A stretch of 62,347 nucleotides of DNA, filler included. It is 8 parts of 8 records of this genome, joined end to end, with 100 filler letters (N's around TTAATTAATTAA, not from the genome) between each part and the next. Parts side by side here need not be neighbours in the genome. Positions count along the whole stretch, not along the records: positions 1 to 20,540 come from SRR15195285_118; positions 20,641 to 26,241 come from SRR15195285_122; 6 more parts are not named here. One strand, given 5' to 3'. Shown in pieces: positions 11,526 to 23,600 of the stretch. The notes beneath the pieces were generated by a model, which was given only the letters and a program-made list of their open reading frames with translations, made no database searches and was not told where the DNA came from. The first letter of the stretch is position 1; every line of letters begins with the position of its first letter. A program made the translations under genes and the position numbers.

Positions 11526-12010
11526 GACATCAACGGCATCACTTTCGGCGGTGTCGGCTCCGGCACCACGGTGGACCACTGCGAGGTGGCCCTGAACGTG
11601 GACGACGGCTTCGAGTTCTTCGGTGGCACCGTCAACGCCAAGTACCTGTCCACCCTGTACGTTGGGGACGATGCGTTCGACACTGACAAGGGCTACCAGG
11701 GCAAGATGCAGTACCTGCTCGCGATGATCGGCACCCAGGGCAACCATGGCACCGAGATGGACGGCAACAAGAACGGACAAACGACCTTCTCGGCACCACA
11801 GGTGCAGAGCATGGCGTCACCGAGAGCTCAACAGCTGCAGGTTCAGTTGACCTGACGCCAGTGGGCGATGCTGTCGCAGCTGCACATGTTGAGGCTTCTT
11901 ATTCGCCATGGTTTGACGCCGTCACCTACTCCGGCGCATTCGCTCCGGGTGTAGACAGCTGGCTCGACGGCTGGTCGTACCTCGACTGCGTGCAGGGCGT
12001 CCTGGCTGGT
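11526..12010 (+). pseudogene. Relic of a bacterial-type beta-helix surface/lipoprotein family gene
   Basis: DINGITFGGVGSGTTVDHCEVALNVDDGFEFFGGTVNAKYL...DDAFDTDKGYQG, then a stop/frameshift at about 11853, then WFDAVTYSGAF...WLDGWSYL. No N-terminal half, and the middle is short. Confidence 0.65.
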
Positions 12011-12248
12011 GGCTCTCTCGACGGCACATGCAGCTCGCAGCGTGCACCGAAACGACAACCGAGACGCCGCCTTCGCCCCCTACCTCTCCGGCCCCTGCTG
12101 CAACATCTGCAGGGACGGTTGCTACTTCACTCGGGGCACTTATTACCACCTGAGTTTTGGTCGCTCTTGAACTCTGGTAGATGAGGCAGGTCCTAACAAT
12201 CATCACTTGCAGTGCTGACAGCTTGCAGTGAACGATCCCTGATGGAAG

Positions 12249-12330
12249 CTTGCGCAGAATGTTAAATGAACCTTGCACAGAATGTCAAATGCAAACGCCA
12301 GCGCCCGTCAAATGCAAACGCCAGCGCCAG
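12249..12330. repeat. Chain of 23-bp tandem duplications
   Basis: CTTGC(G/A)CAGAATGT(T/C)AAATG x2, overlapping TCAAATGCAAACGCCAGCGCC x2. All have a period of 23. Confidence 0.8.
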
Positions 12331-12515
12331 TTTCGTCGACCGGATATATCGCATACTAGTACAATTGTAGCTGCATTTGCCAGGGAAGACGAAGTGATGG
12401 ATGAATGAATTTGTACATGTGGCATGGTCACCAGACTGACTAAGAAACGCCGTGCCAATTTACTTAACCACATGCTTTCGGGGGCAGCAACTAGCTGCTG
12501 GCAAACAAACCACTC

Positions 12516-14569
12516 TCATGAGCCTACTAGAGGCGTCACGAACAGTACCTGCTGGAGCAGTGGCACCACTTTTAGCCCAGCGAACTCCTCAAGCAATGCC
12601 TCCACCTCATCCATCGACTGAGCCGCGCACAGGTCTGCCTTACGAAATACGAAGATCGCCGCGGCAAGTAGAGGCAGCAGCTCAAGAGAGTCGAATCCCA
12701 ACACGCGGTCCCAAAGCAGCAGCACCTCTTTGACAGGTAGATACTCTACAAACATGTTGACCATCCAGTGGAACGCGAAGTGCAGCGGCGGGCACCCAAG
12801 CTGCAGCATATGGAACACTGTCTCCGGGATCATCGCATGTACGAGCTGCTCGAACAACTGGCACAAAGAGAGGATGGAGCCCGGTTTGTCATCGATGGTG
12901 TGCAGTCGGCAGAAATAGCGCGTGAAGAATGCCCGGTACATTGTGAAAATCCTTGTTGTGTTGGTCGAGAGAAAGCATATTGGCGCGAGCCACCGTGCCC
13001 ACCCACGGGTCGGAACAATGCCGCATGGGGGGAAGTGGATTGCGGGTCGGTGCCGCACGCTGCACACCCACACACGAGCGCTATGCTGTCAGTCGAAGTG
13101 GCGTTGCAGTCTCACGTGGCAGCCAAAACACAGCATCCATGCAGCAGCGCTTCCACACGCGTGGACGAGTCAAATCAGGGGACAGCCAGCAGTACAGTGG
13201 TATAAACATCGCGCACGTGTTACTACAATTCCGGTCACATCGTGTCAAATTGAGGGCACAGGACGCAGCAGAGCAAGATCAACAGGGCACAGGACGCAGC
13301 AAAGGCATGAGATCAGGAAACAATGTGTAAGACTGCAGTCCAAATTATCTGCAGGCTGGCCGTTTTGATTGCGTACTCATGGACGTGCGGCTCCTTGATG
13401 AGGACAGATAGAGGCTTGTGTGGAAGTGTGCTGCAGTCCTCAGCCAGCGCAGTATCGCGCGTCAAAGCCATCAGCATCACCCGCATCTTGTCCTCAAAGA
13501 CAAAATAGTTTTCGTCGTCCAGCGTGTCCCGTAGACATTCCTCCACAAACTTGTCCACTAGCAACTCCCAGCCATCGCACTGCCTTTCCAGATCGGCGAA
13601 GGCATCGCACGCATGGTGCGAGCTGCCGTCCACCCGTAGTATCTGCTCCCACACGCGCACCCGGAGCTCTGGGGGCACGCCACAGCGCGCATACTGCCGC
13701 AGCTCCGGCACGTAGGACGCCACCCCAGCGTTCGGGCGCTCAGCGCCGTCAGTGCTGCTGGTGCTGGTGCCGGTGCTGCTACTGCTGCTACTGCTGCCGC
13801 TGCTGCTCGCGGTGAGCCGGGCGCCGAGTTCGTCTCGGTGCTCGGCGTACCATGGCTTATACTCGTCGTCGAGCCCGACGTGCCGCTGCGCTGGTGACAG
13901 CATGTTGAATTTTCGGCGGATGCCGCCCATTGTGTGCCGCAGTGGGCGGCGTAGTTGCACCCGCACCCGCTCCCAGCGTAGGAAAAAGTGAGCGTCGTCC
14001 GTAGCTACGTCGCCCTTGTGGTTGTGCGAGCAAAGCGCAGTCACGGCGTCCAACAGATCGCTGTCCTCGTAGCACGGCGTCAAGGCCTCAGGTAGCGATT
14101 CGTGCTCGAGCCGCACGCGAACCCATGGCACGCCATGCCGCGATGCGCTGTTCATACGGTGCGCGATGCACTTATCCCACTCCTGTCGAGCATCTCGGAT
14201 GGCGTCAAGCATGGAATCTTCCGCCGTCTTATCGGGCACTCGCTGCAGAGCCCAGCTCGCGTCGGTCGACGCCGCCGCCCGTGTCCCCCGCCCACTTCCG
14301 GCGCCCTGCAAGGCAGCGTCTTCGCCACAAAACTTCTTCTTGCGCGCGATGTCGTACACCAGGTTGCGGAGCTTCGGTGTCAGATGCAGGTCGTTCAAAA
14401 TCCTGGGGACGGCGGCGGCCACGTCCTCCGTGCGGTACTTGGGCTTGAGCACCTCGTCCTTAATCGCGCGCTTCATCGCCCAGAACATGATATTGCGCTC
14501 CAGCTCCCGCGCAACCACGCCAACGCGGTCCACCACGGGCGCCGCCTCACCATGGACGGCGCCTTCCAT
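12516..14569 (-). CDS. TBC1D19: TBC1 domain family member 19-like protein (Rab-GAP TBC fold)
   Basis: GVPPELRVRVW, DENYFVFED, FPPCGIVP..LAPICFL, RYFCRLHTI, LLLWDRVLGFDSLELL..LAAAIFVFR. GT-AG intron 13060-13376 joins the two ORFs in frame. Confidence 0.85.
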
Positions 14570-15156
14570 CTGCACTCCTTCAGCTTCTCCTTCACGGGCT
14601 GGCTCAGAATTCAGTCCGCGGACGCGAGACGGAGTCACTTGTCACAACAAGGCTAATTTACCAGTGATCCGCGACAAAAAGCAACCAGGTGATCAGAGGG
14701 GTGCACGGTATTTACATAGCAGTGAGTTTTACACACTCCACACGATTCCAACGCAGCCCTAAAGCCTGTGACTCTCGCAAAGTCGCAATGCAATCAGTCT
14801 TCACACTTCAGTGGTGATGCTGATGGTTTGGAACATTCCCGCGAACATTGGAAGGCCCCTGCATGGCCGGCCTCCTGACCAGCGTATCTTACAACCTGGG
14901 CACTGTGCAGTCGCCACCCATGGACTTATGCCACAAGTTGTGTGTACACTAGATCTCTGAGGCGTAGTACTAGCTACTAGTAGTAGTACCTCTGTGTCGT
15001 GTGCACGAGTGTGTACACGCGTACGGCCTGCACGAGTACTATTCATAGCGCTAGTACGTACGTAGCACAAACGGCGGCGACGACGCGCCGGGCGGCGGCG
15101 GCCGGGAACTCGCTGCAGCGCAGCCTGAGGTAGTGTCTCGCACCGTTTCGTGACAT

Positions 15157-16649
15157 ATGATCACCACTGTGACTGCACTGGTAATGGGCGCCACCTGCAG
15201 CGCAGCTCTACAGGCTCAGACAGCAGACAGGCCGTGCGACATCTTCTCGACAGGAGGCACTCCCTGTGTCGCTGCGCACTCGGTCGTGCGCGCCCTCTTC
15301 GGTGCCTACAACGGACCACTATACCAAATCGTGCGCACGATAGACGGCAAGTCGCTCAATATCACGACGCTCTCCGCGGGCGGCTATGCGAACGGTGCAG
15401 CGCAAGCAGCTTTCTGCGACAAACACGGCCCGTCGGTACCGGCCCCACCGCCCGGTCGGTGGGCACCTGGTCCCTGCTGCGCCAAGCGCTTGACCTGCGG
15501 CGATTTCGCAAACCACAGCCATCCAACTGCTCCTGAAAGCTGCGTTGGCTGCGCCGAGTGTCCGGCGCCGACGCACCAGCCCGCGCTCGCGACGTGCATG
15601 ATCACGCGGATCTTCGACCAGTCGCCGTACGGGAATCATCTTTCGGTGATCGGCGAGCCGTCCGGCCTTGTCGCGGTCGGTGCGGGAGGGCGGCTGCATA
15701 ACGGGTCGCCGATCACGGGCACGAACGCATCGGCAGACCCACTGCTCGTGGGCAGCCACGCTGTTTACTCCGCCTACTTCGAAGGTGGCATGGGTTTTCG
15801 CAACAACGAGACAAAGGGCGTGGCGACGGGTGACGAGCCAGAGACGATCTACATGGTGACCTCTGGAGAGCACTACAACAGTGGATGCTGCTTTGACTAG
15901 TGCGCCACGCTCTCCTGTGTCACTCTTTGGCCTCTCTTTGGCCTGCGCTGCTCACCATTCTGACATCGCTGCCCGCGCTGTCTACCTTCCTGGATAATTG
16001 TGCACTGCATTTAGTGGCAATGCTGAAGTTGGGCTTTACCCGAACACCTCCAACCACTTTAGCGGCAGCTGGTGCGCTGACTGCCCCAAAGGCATGATGG
16101 AGTGCATCAACTTCGGCAATGGCTACGGCGCTCAAGGTGGCCCGCACGTGATGGCCGATCTAGAGATGGGCGTGTATGGCAACAAGACCGCGGCGGCCGC
16201 CGCTAATGCCACTTTTGTGACGGCGATGGTGAAAGGCGACTCTGCCAACCATTGGGCGATCAAGTGGGGTAATGCGCAGGCCGGCCCGCTGTTCAAGACT
16301 TTCGGTGGGTCACTTGCACTACCAGTGCCTTGGCTGCCACATTCCTTTCCGTACTACTAACTGCGATGTGGTGCGATGCTTGTGTTCACGTGTTAACCTT
16401 GGCGCGTGAATCTAACACTACATGCATGCATGCCGTAATTATGATTGCGCGAGTGCAGATGGGCCCCGGCCTAGCAAAGCCTACTCTCCGATGAAAAAAC
16501 CTGGCGCCATTATCCTCGGGTTGGGTGGAGACACTTCCCCAGGTGGGGTTGGCACGTTTTATGAGGGTGCGCTCACGAAAGGCTATAGCACAGACGTGGC
16601 AGACGATGCCGTGCAGGCGAATATTGTGGCGGCGGGCTTTGGGAAGTAG
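15157..16649 (+). CDS. abfB: Secreted GH54 alpha-L-arabinofuranosidase B catalytic domain (no CBM42)
   Basis: Signal peptide, PCDIF..GGTPCVAAHS..RAL, IFDQS. CCFDYGNAE is restored by intron 15900-16014. Then MADLEMG. FDGPRP is restored by intron 16305-16458. Then GAIILGLGGD, GTFYEG, VQANIVAAGFG. Confidence 0.93.
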
Positions 16650-16853
16650 CGATGAGGGTGCTGTGAGGGGCGTCAAACAAAGGTTGCGATCAAACCAAGA
16701 CAAGACAATGCGCTGTTGGCAATAATTGTGCTAGCAGCCCTTACCCTCCCCTTAGACAATCATGCCCGACACAACAATGCATGGTGTCCTACCTTTCGCG
16801 ACGTGTCATTATTTTTATACGTTCGCACATTCATTCAATTTTCTACGCACTGG

Positions 16854-19800
16854 CTATGAAAGTCCCATCGCTGTCGACAGCACAGCCATCATCTTTTCTG
16901 GCGCCTCTTGGATCAACTGCACAACACACACTAACGGTCAGCCGGCGAGACAACCAAATGCAAAATAGCAGGCGCGCATGGAATAGAAGCCACAGACTGC
17001 TCAGCTGCCGCATCGCACCTCATGGCCGCCCTCTAGCTCCACGCAGTGGACGGCACCAGCACCCATCGGTTGCGACTCGCCATTCTGCTTCGCGAGGAAT
17101 GACTTTTTGCCCGTGGCTTTCAGCAGGTGGTCGTCATCTCCAACAATGAGGACCGTCGGAGCAGCACAAGACCACGCCTCCAGTTCAAGTGGCTCGTGAC
17201 TCTGCGCACCGCGGCAGATTGCTGCCCGGCCGGCGAGAGAAATCGGGTTCGGATGCGCGGTGTAGGACTCGAAGGCGACGGTCGGTGTCTTCTCGACGAG
17301 ATATTTCTCTGAGAACAGCAGATGAGAGAAGAAATAGAGCTGCAGGTCGAACTGGAACAGCTGGCTGATGTCACAAGTGTTCAGCCAGTTTTGCAGCACC
17401 AAACTCATGTGGGCATCCGCGCCCGTGAACGGATTGACCACTACCAGCGACTTCACCCGGCTTGACTCCGCCTCTGCTCCGACCGTCTTCCTCATCCAGT
17501 AGGTCGCCACATTTGCTCCGTTGCCAACGCCAAGCAGCGTGATCGGTGCCCCGCCACCAGCAAAGCTTCCTGCGTTCTGAAGGCTGGTGAGCAGAGCATC
17601 GAAGCACTGCGCCAACACAACATTGTTCATGGTGCTGCCTTCCGGTCCGTGCTCTGTATGTGCCTGTCCCGGGAAGTTGAAGCACAGCAGCTGCGATCCA
17701 GCAGGTGCTTTGTCCACGAGCGGCTGCAGGAAGCTGGCGTACTTCTCATAGCTATCGAAGAAGTCGTTGAAGCACACTAAGCGTAGAGCGGGCCCAGTGC
17801 CTTCGCCGGCACCGTGTACTACAGTATACTTCATAGTCAGGTCCCCGACCCGTGCGTACTGACCTTCCACTGGCTGGCTCGACGCGTACAACTCAGCGCT
17901 GCCATCCTCCGGCGGCGCAGGCTGCTGCGCAGCCGGTGGGGGAGACGGCATACCGCTGCCACCACTTTCCATGTTATGGTACTCAATGCCGCTGTCGCGC
18001 ATATGTGAGTCGTCCTTGTACAAGTGTTCGTACTCAATCGAAGACGTGTCGAGCGCATGCCGTGAACGCAAGTCGTCGCTACCAGGCAGCGTGTGAGGGA
18101 AGTTATGAGCAGAACTTCTCGACGCGGTCACCGCCGGCGCCGCTGCGACGACGGGCAGGGCTGAGCGTTGATGCAAGTTCGGAGCACCGGAGACACGCGG
18201 CGCGTTCGCCCGACGACTGGCGTTGATGGAAGGCAGCAGCGGAGGCGCCGACTCACTCCGCGGGTAAGCAGGCGATTTACGACCGCTGGCGCCCCTTAGT
18301 TGCGAGCGTGAGCGTGAAAACTCATCCTCTGCTTGCTGCTTTCGCCGCGCTCTGGCGATCTTCGCTTCTGCCTCTGCTATTACCTGGGCCTCTGTTTTGG
18401 CACCGTAACCGCTCGGCTCGAACGCGGGACTGACGCTGCGCCGCCACTTTGCTTTGTCGCTGGTGAGCGTCCACGGTGGAGCTGGGGCAGTCGACCACTC
18501 TGAGTCCACTACCTTCTCTTCATCGTATAGCTTGATGCTCTGGACGGTGTTGTCAACTAGCTTCTTCAAGAGCTTTGGCAACTCGCCTTTCTTTTTGATG
18601 GAGCTGGACCCTTCGCACAGTCGCTGGCACAGGTTCTCATTGCGGCAAAGCCTGCGGCACAGCACGTTAAACTTGTGAAGGTCGTCCGCGGCCATCAGAA
18701 CAGTCTTCGCCTCGTCGCCGTCGCCGTTGATCTGCTTCCACCACTCGTCCTGCTGAGACTTCGAGTGCTTCTCCAGCTGCGTCCGTACAATGCGCTTGCC
18801 TTCCTCCACGTCTTTTTTACGCTGCTCATCCAGCAGGTTGTATTTCCTGTAGTACGTCTCGGTCACCTTCACCTGCCGATAGAAGTGGGCCGGATCGAGC
18901 TTGCTCAGTTCAGCGGTCAGTGCCATTTTCCGAATGGCCGAATACCGAGGCGTCTCGTTGTCCTGGGACGTAGCTTCGTCCAGGCGCGCGAGCAGCACTG
19001 ACTTGAAGGGGAGCACGTAGTCGCGTGGCTCTTCTTCGACCAGTTCCTCCTCGTTCTCCTTTTTGCGCCGCATCTGCTTGCTCTTCTTGTTGAGGATGTC
19101 GTACTGGTCCCCTACCGGCGCCTGGTCGATCGAGGAGCTCGGCGGCCCCTTGTCCAGCAGCCTGCTGATCCTGGGGTTCGCGGGGACCTCACGCTTGTAC
19201 ACCTTCGGAAGCTGCGCTGTGACCACACTAGTCAGGTGAGTGAGCAGCGGCTGACCGTCCGCCTCCTCGACCATAAACTCTGCCGCGAGCGTTGCAAGAT
19301 GCGTGCGCTTCGCGGATTCAATGTACCTCACCATCTCCATCGTCATCGCGTTCAAGTGCTCTTTGAGTCCAACTGCAGTGCACTTCAGCGCCTGCTGGCA
19401 CTTGTCAGCAGGGACCTCTTGGCCCTTCTCGTTCACGACGGTGCCGTCCACCCCGGTCATGTAAACCATCTTGTATGTCTGCATCCGATACTTGTTGCGT
19501 CGGGGCTGCTCGAATTCAGTCCGGTAGACGGTTCCGTTGGAGGCGCGGGTTGCCGTCTTGACGGGCACATACGCCTGGAAAATGACCGCCTTACCTTTCA
19601 GCTCGTTCCACCTGGAGTCGTCGTACAAATCCGCGCGGGTCACGCGCGTGATGTCCGGCGACTGCATGTTGCCGGATCGGATCACCCCAACGTAGCCGTC
19701 ATCGAGCGCACGGGAGCTGCCGGTCAGGTAGTTGTACCGCGCGTTGTGGGCCTCCTGCATCTGGGAAAACTTGCTTTTAACCGTGTTCCAGTTGAGCTTG

Positions 19801-20225
19801 TCCTTCCCCATCTGCTTGACCTGGCCATCCTGCACAGCCACAAGCACGCGGCGGTAAGCATCGTCCGCCAGAACCGGCGCTCGCAACGGCTCGGACACGC
19901 GGCCCGGCGCTGCGCAGCACGCCGTGGAAACCCAAGCCCCGCTCGATACCTGCCCGCCAACACGCTGCGTAGACGTGCGGGCAGCATGCCACCAACGCAT
20001 GCCTCAGGCAGACGATCTGCCCCTAAGGAGGTCGCGTACCTTCGCGGTGAACATCCACGCGCTCGGCTCCCCGCCGGAGACGAACACCGTATCGGCGATG
20101 TTCACACGGCAGCGCTCCGCGCTCTTCTTATTCCACAGCGCATTGAAGGACCACGTCCAATCGCGGTCCATAAACGTCCCCTCGTCAATGAAGGAGGAGT
20201 CGTTCATCACGTCGTTCGACGGCAT
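16854..20225 (-). CDS. Uncharacterised protein with a C-terminal NDRG-like (inactive) alpha/beta-hydrolase domain
   Basis: Three exons (GT-AG introns 19830-20039 and 16917-17018; the last exon reads LIQEAPEKMMAVLSTAMGLS*). C-terminal FNFPGQAHT, LLGVGNGANVA, PTVLIVGDDD, GGHE. Confidence 0.75.
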
Positions 20226-20344
20226 CGCGCCCGCCCCAACAACCCCTACTAGTACGGAAAAGCAGCAGCAGCGCGTGGCTACAATTTCCAATTCAGATGG
20301 TTACAAAACACGCATTTTATGCCAAAAGGTATACGAGATTGTAA

Positions 20345-20540
20345 CAGGGTGCAATTCTCATCGCAGCAGCCACAACGGATCTCAGATCTCACTCGAATCA
20401 GCACCAGCGGTCGGTACCCAACCGTCGCGGACCCCGGGCGAAAAAACGCGATCCGGGCTGAAAATCCGGTCCCAGCTTGGGGACGAGCAGGCGAATGATC
20501 CTTTGGGGGTCAGAAGAGGGCCCGGACATGTAGGCACCCT
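20345..20540. mobile_element. Candidate MITE-like element truncated at the contig end
   Basis: Starts CAGGGTGC (20345) and ends GCACCCT (20534-20540), a 7-bp inverted match reminiscent of Tc1/mariner-type termini. No TSD can be verified. Confidence 0.25.
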
Positions 20541-20640
20541 NNNNNNNNNNNNNNNNNNNNNNNNNNNNNNNNNNNNNNNNNNNNTTAATTAATTAANNNN
20601 NNNNNNNNNNNNNNNNNNNNNNNNNNNNNNNNNNNNNNNN
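20541..20640. other. Artificial contig linker
   Basis: N44-TTAATTAATTAA-N44; contains stops in all six frames. Confidence 0.99.
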
Positions 20641-20642
20641 GG

Positions 20643-23600
20643 AAATGTGTCTTCTCCGGCACGGACATTAACACGAAGGACGCCAGCGGTTCCACAGCGA
20701 TGCACTACGCAGCGGGCGCGGGGCAGCTCGAGGCGCTATGCGCACTTATCGACAACCACGGGGCGATCGACGAGCCCAACGACAAAGGCCAGACCCCGCT
20801 GTTCTTTGCCTCGAGTACCGATACCATCCGCCTGTTACTTAAGAAGGGCGCAGACCCAACGTGTGTAGATGATGACGGGCGCACGGCAGCGGAAGTACTA
20901 GATCTACCGGTGCTGCCCGCAGTGAGCAGAGCACGAAAGTCCGCGTCTGCCGGCCCGAACGATTTCGGACGCTCGAGTGTGCCAAAGTTGCCGTCCCCCC
21001 GCCGACGCGGCTCCAGCATGTCTGTCCGCTCGTCAATGTCCGGAGTGGCTGCGTCCACACTGTCGTTACGGCCGCCTCAACCGCGTGCACCACCATCGCA
21101 TGCGGGGGGTAGCGTCGCGCGCCACAGCTGGGCGGGAGACTTCATGCCGGACTCCCTGCTCAGTATCGACCGGCGTCAGATCGGCAGTATGGAGCTGGGT
21201 GCGTTCATCGAGCAAGGCTACGCGGCGCATCGGGCCGCTGCTGATGCGGACGAGCGCGCGCGGCTTCGCACCTTGTTGTGCAACCACATGGAAGATGCGA
21301 TGTATTATGCAGAATGTCGCAACTTTAAAATGGCTACGGAAATCGAGGAGAAGATGAATGTAGAGCAGCCTAAAGGTGAACCGGAGAAGCTGTATCTCTG
21401 CGTGTACAAGAAGGAGGAGGAGGAGGGCCAAGAGCTGACAGAGGATCAAGTGAAGGAGAAATTCGACCCGGAGATTTTCACGTGCTTCAAAGAGGTCAAG
21501 GTGATCTCAGGGAAAGTTCCTGATGATACTGACAACGAAAGGGCGAAGTCCAAGAGGGATGGGATCGCGTTTGAGGTGATGTTGCAAGCGAAAAGCAATT
21601 CTAAGGAAGATGTCGCTATCTTGAAGCGCGAGGTGCAGAGAGCTATCAGTGATCAGACGTACGTACCCATCTATGCTTCTGACGCAGACCCCAGCCCGCC
21701 TGAGCCCGAAACTGCAGACTCTGGATCTGGTGACACGGTTTTTCTCGGCCCTGGTGGCGGTGAGGTGGGGGCGGATGGCACCGTTGCTGAAGTTGACGAG
21801 CCGCCAGCGAAGCTTTGGCTCACGGCGCATTCAGCAATGAACGAGACGTATGCCAAGAGATTCTTCAAGGCATTGAATGAGTTCCAGTCGGAGATGCTAC
21901 GCGCAATCGCCGAGCGAAAGATGGGGGACGCCGTTGTGCCCAACCCGGAGGCACTCGACCGGCTTGATAATGTAGCCGAGCCGCTGATGGACGACCCGAC
22001 AGAGAATATGGCGAAAGATGATATTATGAATGCCAGAACAGCGGGGCAATTCTTGGAAATGTGCAAGGAGGAATATACAGGTGTCATCAAGAAGAAGCAC
22101 AACGAGGACGGAGCAAAGTACAAAGTAGCACAAGCGCTCTTCGGCACGTTTTTGGACAAGTGTGAAAAGGATGCAGCAGAAGACCCTGACAACCCCCTTG
22201 ATGACGAGGAGAAAGTTGAAGCCCTGCGGGAGATGATTCTTGCCAAGATTAGGATCAATGATCCGACAGAAGTGAAACAAGTTGACGGGCGCCCAGGCAC
22301 AGTCGAGTGCACGATGGTGGACATGGATGAAGTGCTTCGCGCGAAGAGTGGGTTTAAACAACTGCGCGTGCCCGCGGAGGACCCGATGATTACAGATGAT
22401 GAAGGAAAGATGGTTAGGGCACAACGCTTTACAGTTACGCTGAGCGGCGAACAAGATGGTACAGAAGAGGTTGCTGGTCCGCTTTTTGGGCTCGTGATTT
22501 CACAGCTTAAGCCAATGGTACCAGAGGAGATAGAGGAACAGATTGACGCGAGTACATCACATGTTAAGCAGTCGAAGAGTCGCCACACCGAACGCGATCC
22601 GGACTCGATCAAAGATGAGGTGTGCGAGAAGTGCCAGAAATGTGATGCTGACGATCCAGCATTTAAGGGTCACGAGTGCGTTGAAGGCGTATGCAAAGAG
22701 CTTCCGAGAAACGAGGGCGAGCCAATAAAATTCAACTGCTTCACGAAGAAGAAGTGCAAAGACAAATTCGGCAAGCCTCGCATACGGTTAGGGATGCTCT
22801 GCGAAGCCTGCAGCACGTGCACGGACTGTACAGTTCGAGCACTTTGGGACATGCCGGGAGAGGGAGGAGACCCCACTGATGAGTCCGAGAAGGACCAGTT
22901 GCTTGACCCCGATGAAAACACGAAAGGTGGCGCCTTCAGCTATCTCATTCAAGTCCGCACGGGTGCCAAATTGTCGTCGACAGGCCGAGGCATCGCACCA
23001 GGAACGGACGCTGGGATCTTTGTCACACTCGTTGGTCATAGAGATGGTGAGGACAAACCAGTACGAACTGCGCGGTTGAAATTGGAGGACTACGTGGTTT
23101 CAGTGCGTACGGCGCTCGAGAAGGTTACCGGGGTGGCCACTGCAGTCGTGTCGGCGAAGAAGAGAGGGCTCACCGCCCCTGGCACCACTGTCGTCTACCT
23201 CGACCGCAGCTACATTGCTGGAGTGAAGCCTTCAGCGTTGATGCGTGCAATCATCACTACCAAAGGCGACCTTTCTCAAAGTGATCCGCCAGTTGGAGAA
23301 GACGAGAAGAAGATGATCGTGGCTGGCGCGGGGAAAGGACGTGGTCTCACATCGGAAATTCTATGGGGGCAACAGGAAATGGCGAAACTCAAGGCGGGGA
23401 AGGTAATTCTTGACGATTTGATGGATGCGGCAGTGACACCCCCGGGTCCGATCAGGCTCAAGGTCGATGGACTCCAGGTCTCCCAGTGGCTGGAAGCCCC
23501 GACATTCTCGACACCTAACGGCGAAGGCGCCTTTGAAGAGGGCCAGACGAGCACGTTTCGCATCGAGACTGATGTTGACGTTGGACAGGTGATGACGGTG

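Noticed and set aside
15898-15900. Stop-codon readthrough or recoding at the TAG in the GH54 gene
   Set aside because: The TAG spans an exon-intron junction (TA|GT). Splicing gives TAT and restores CCFDYGNAE.
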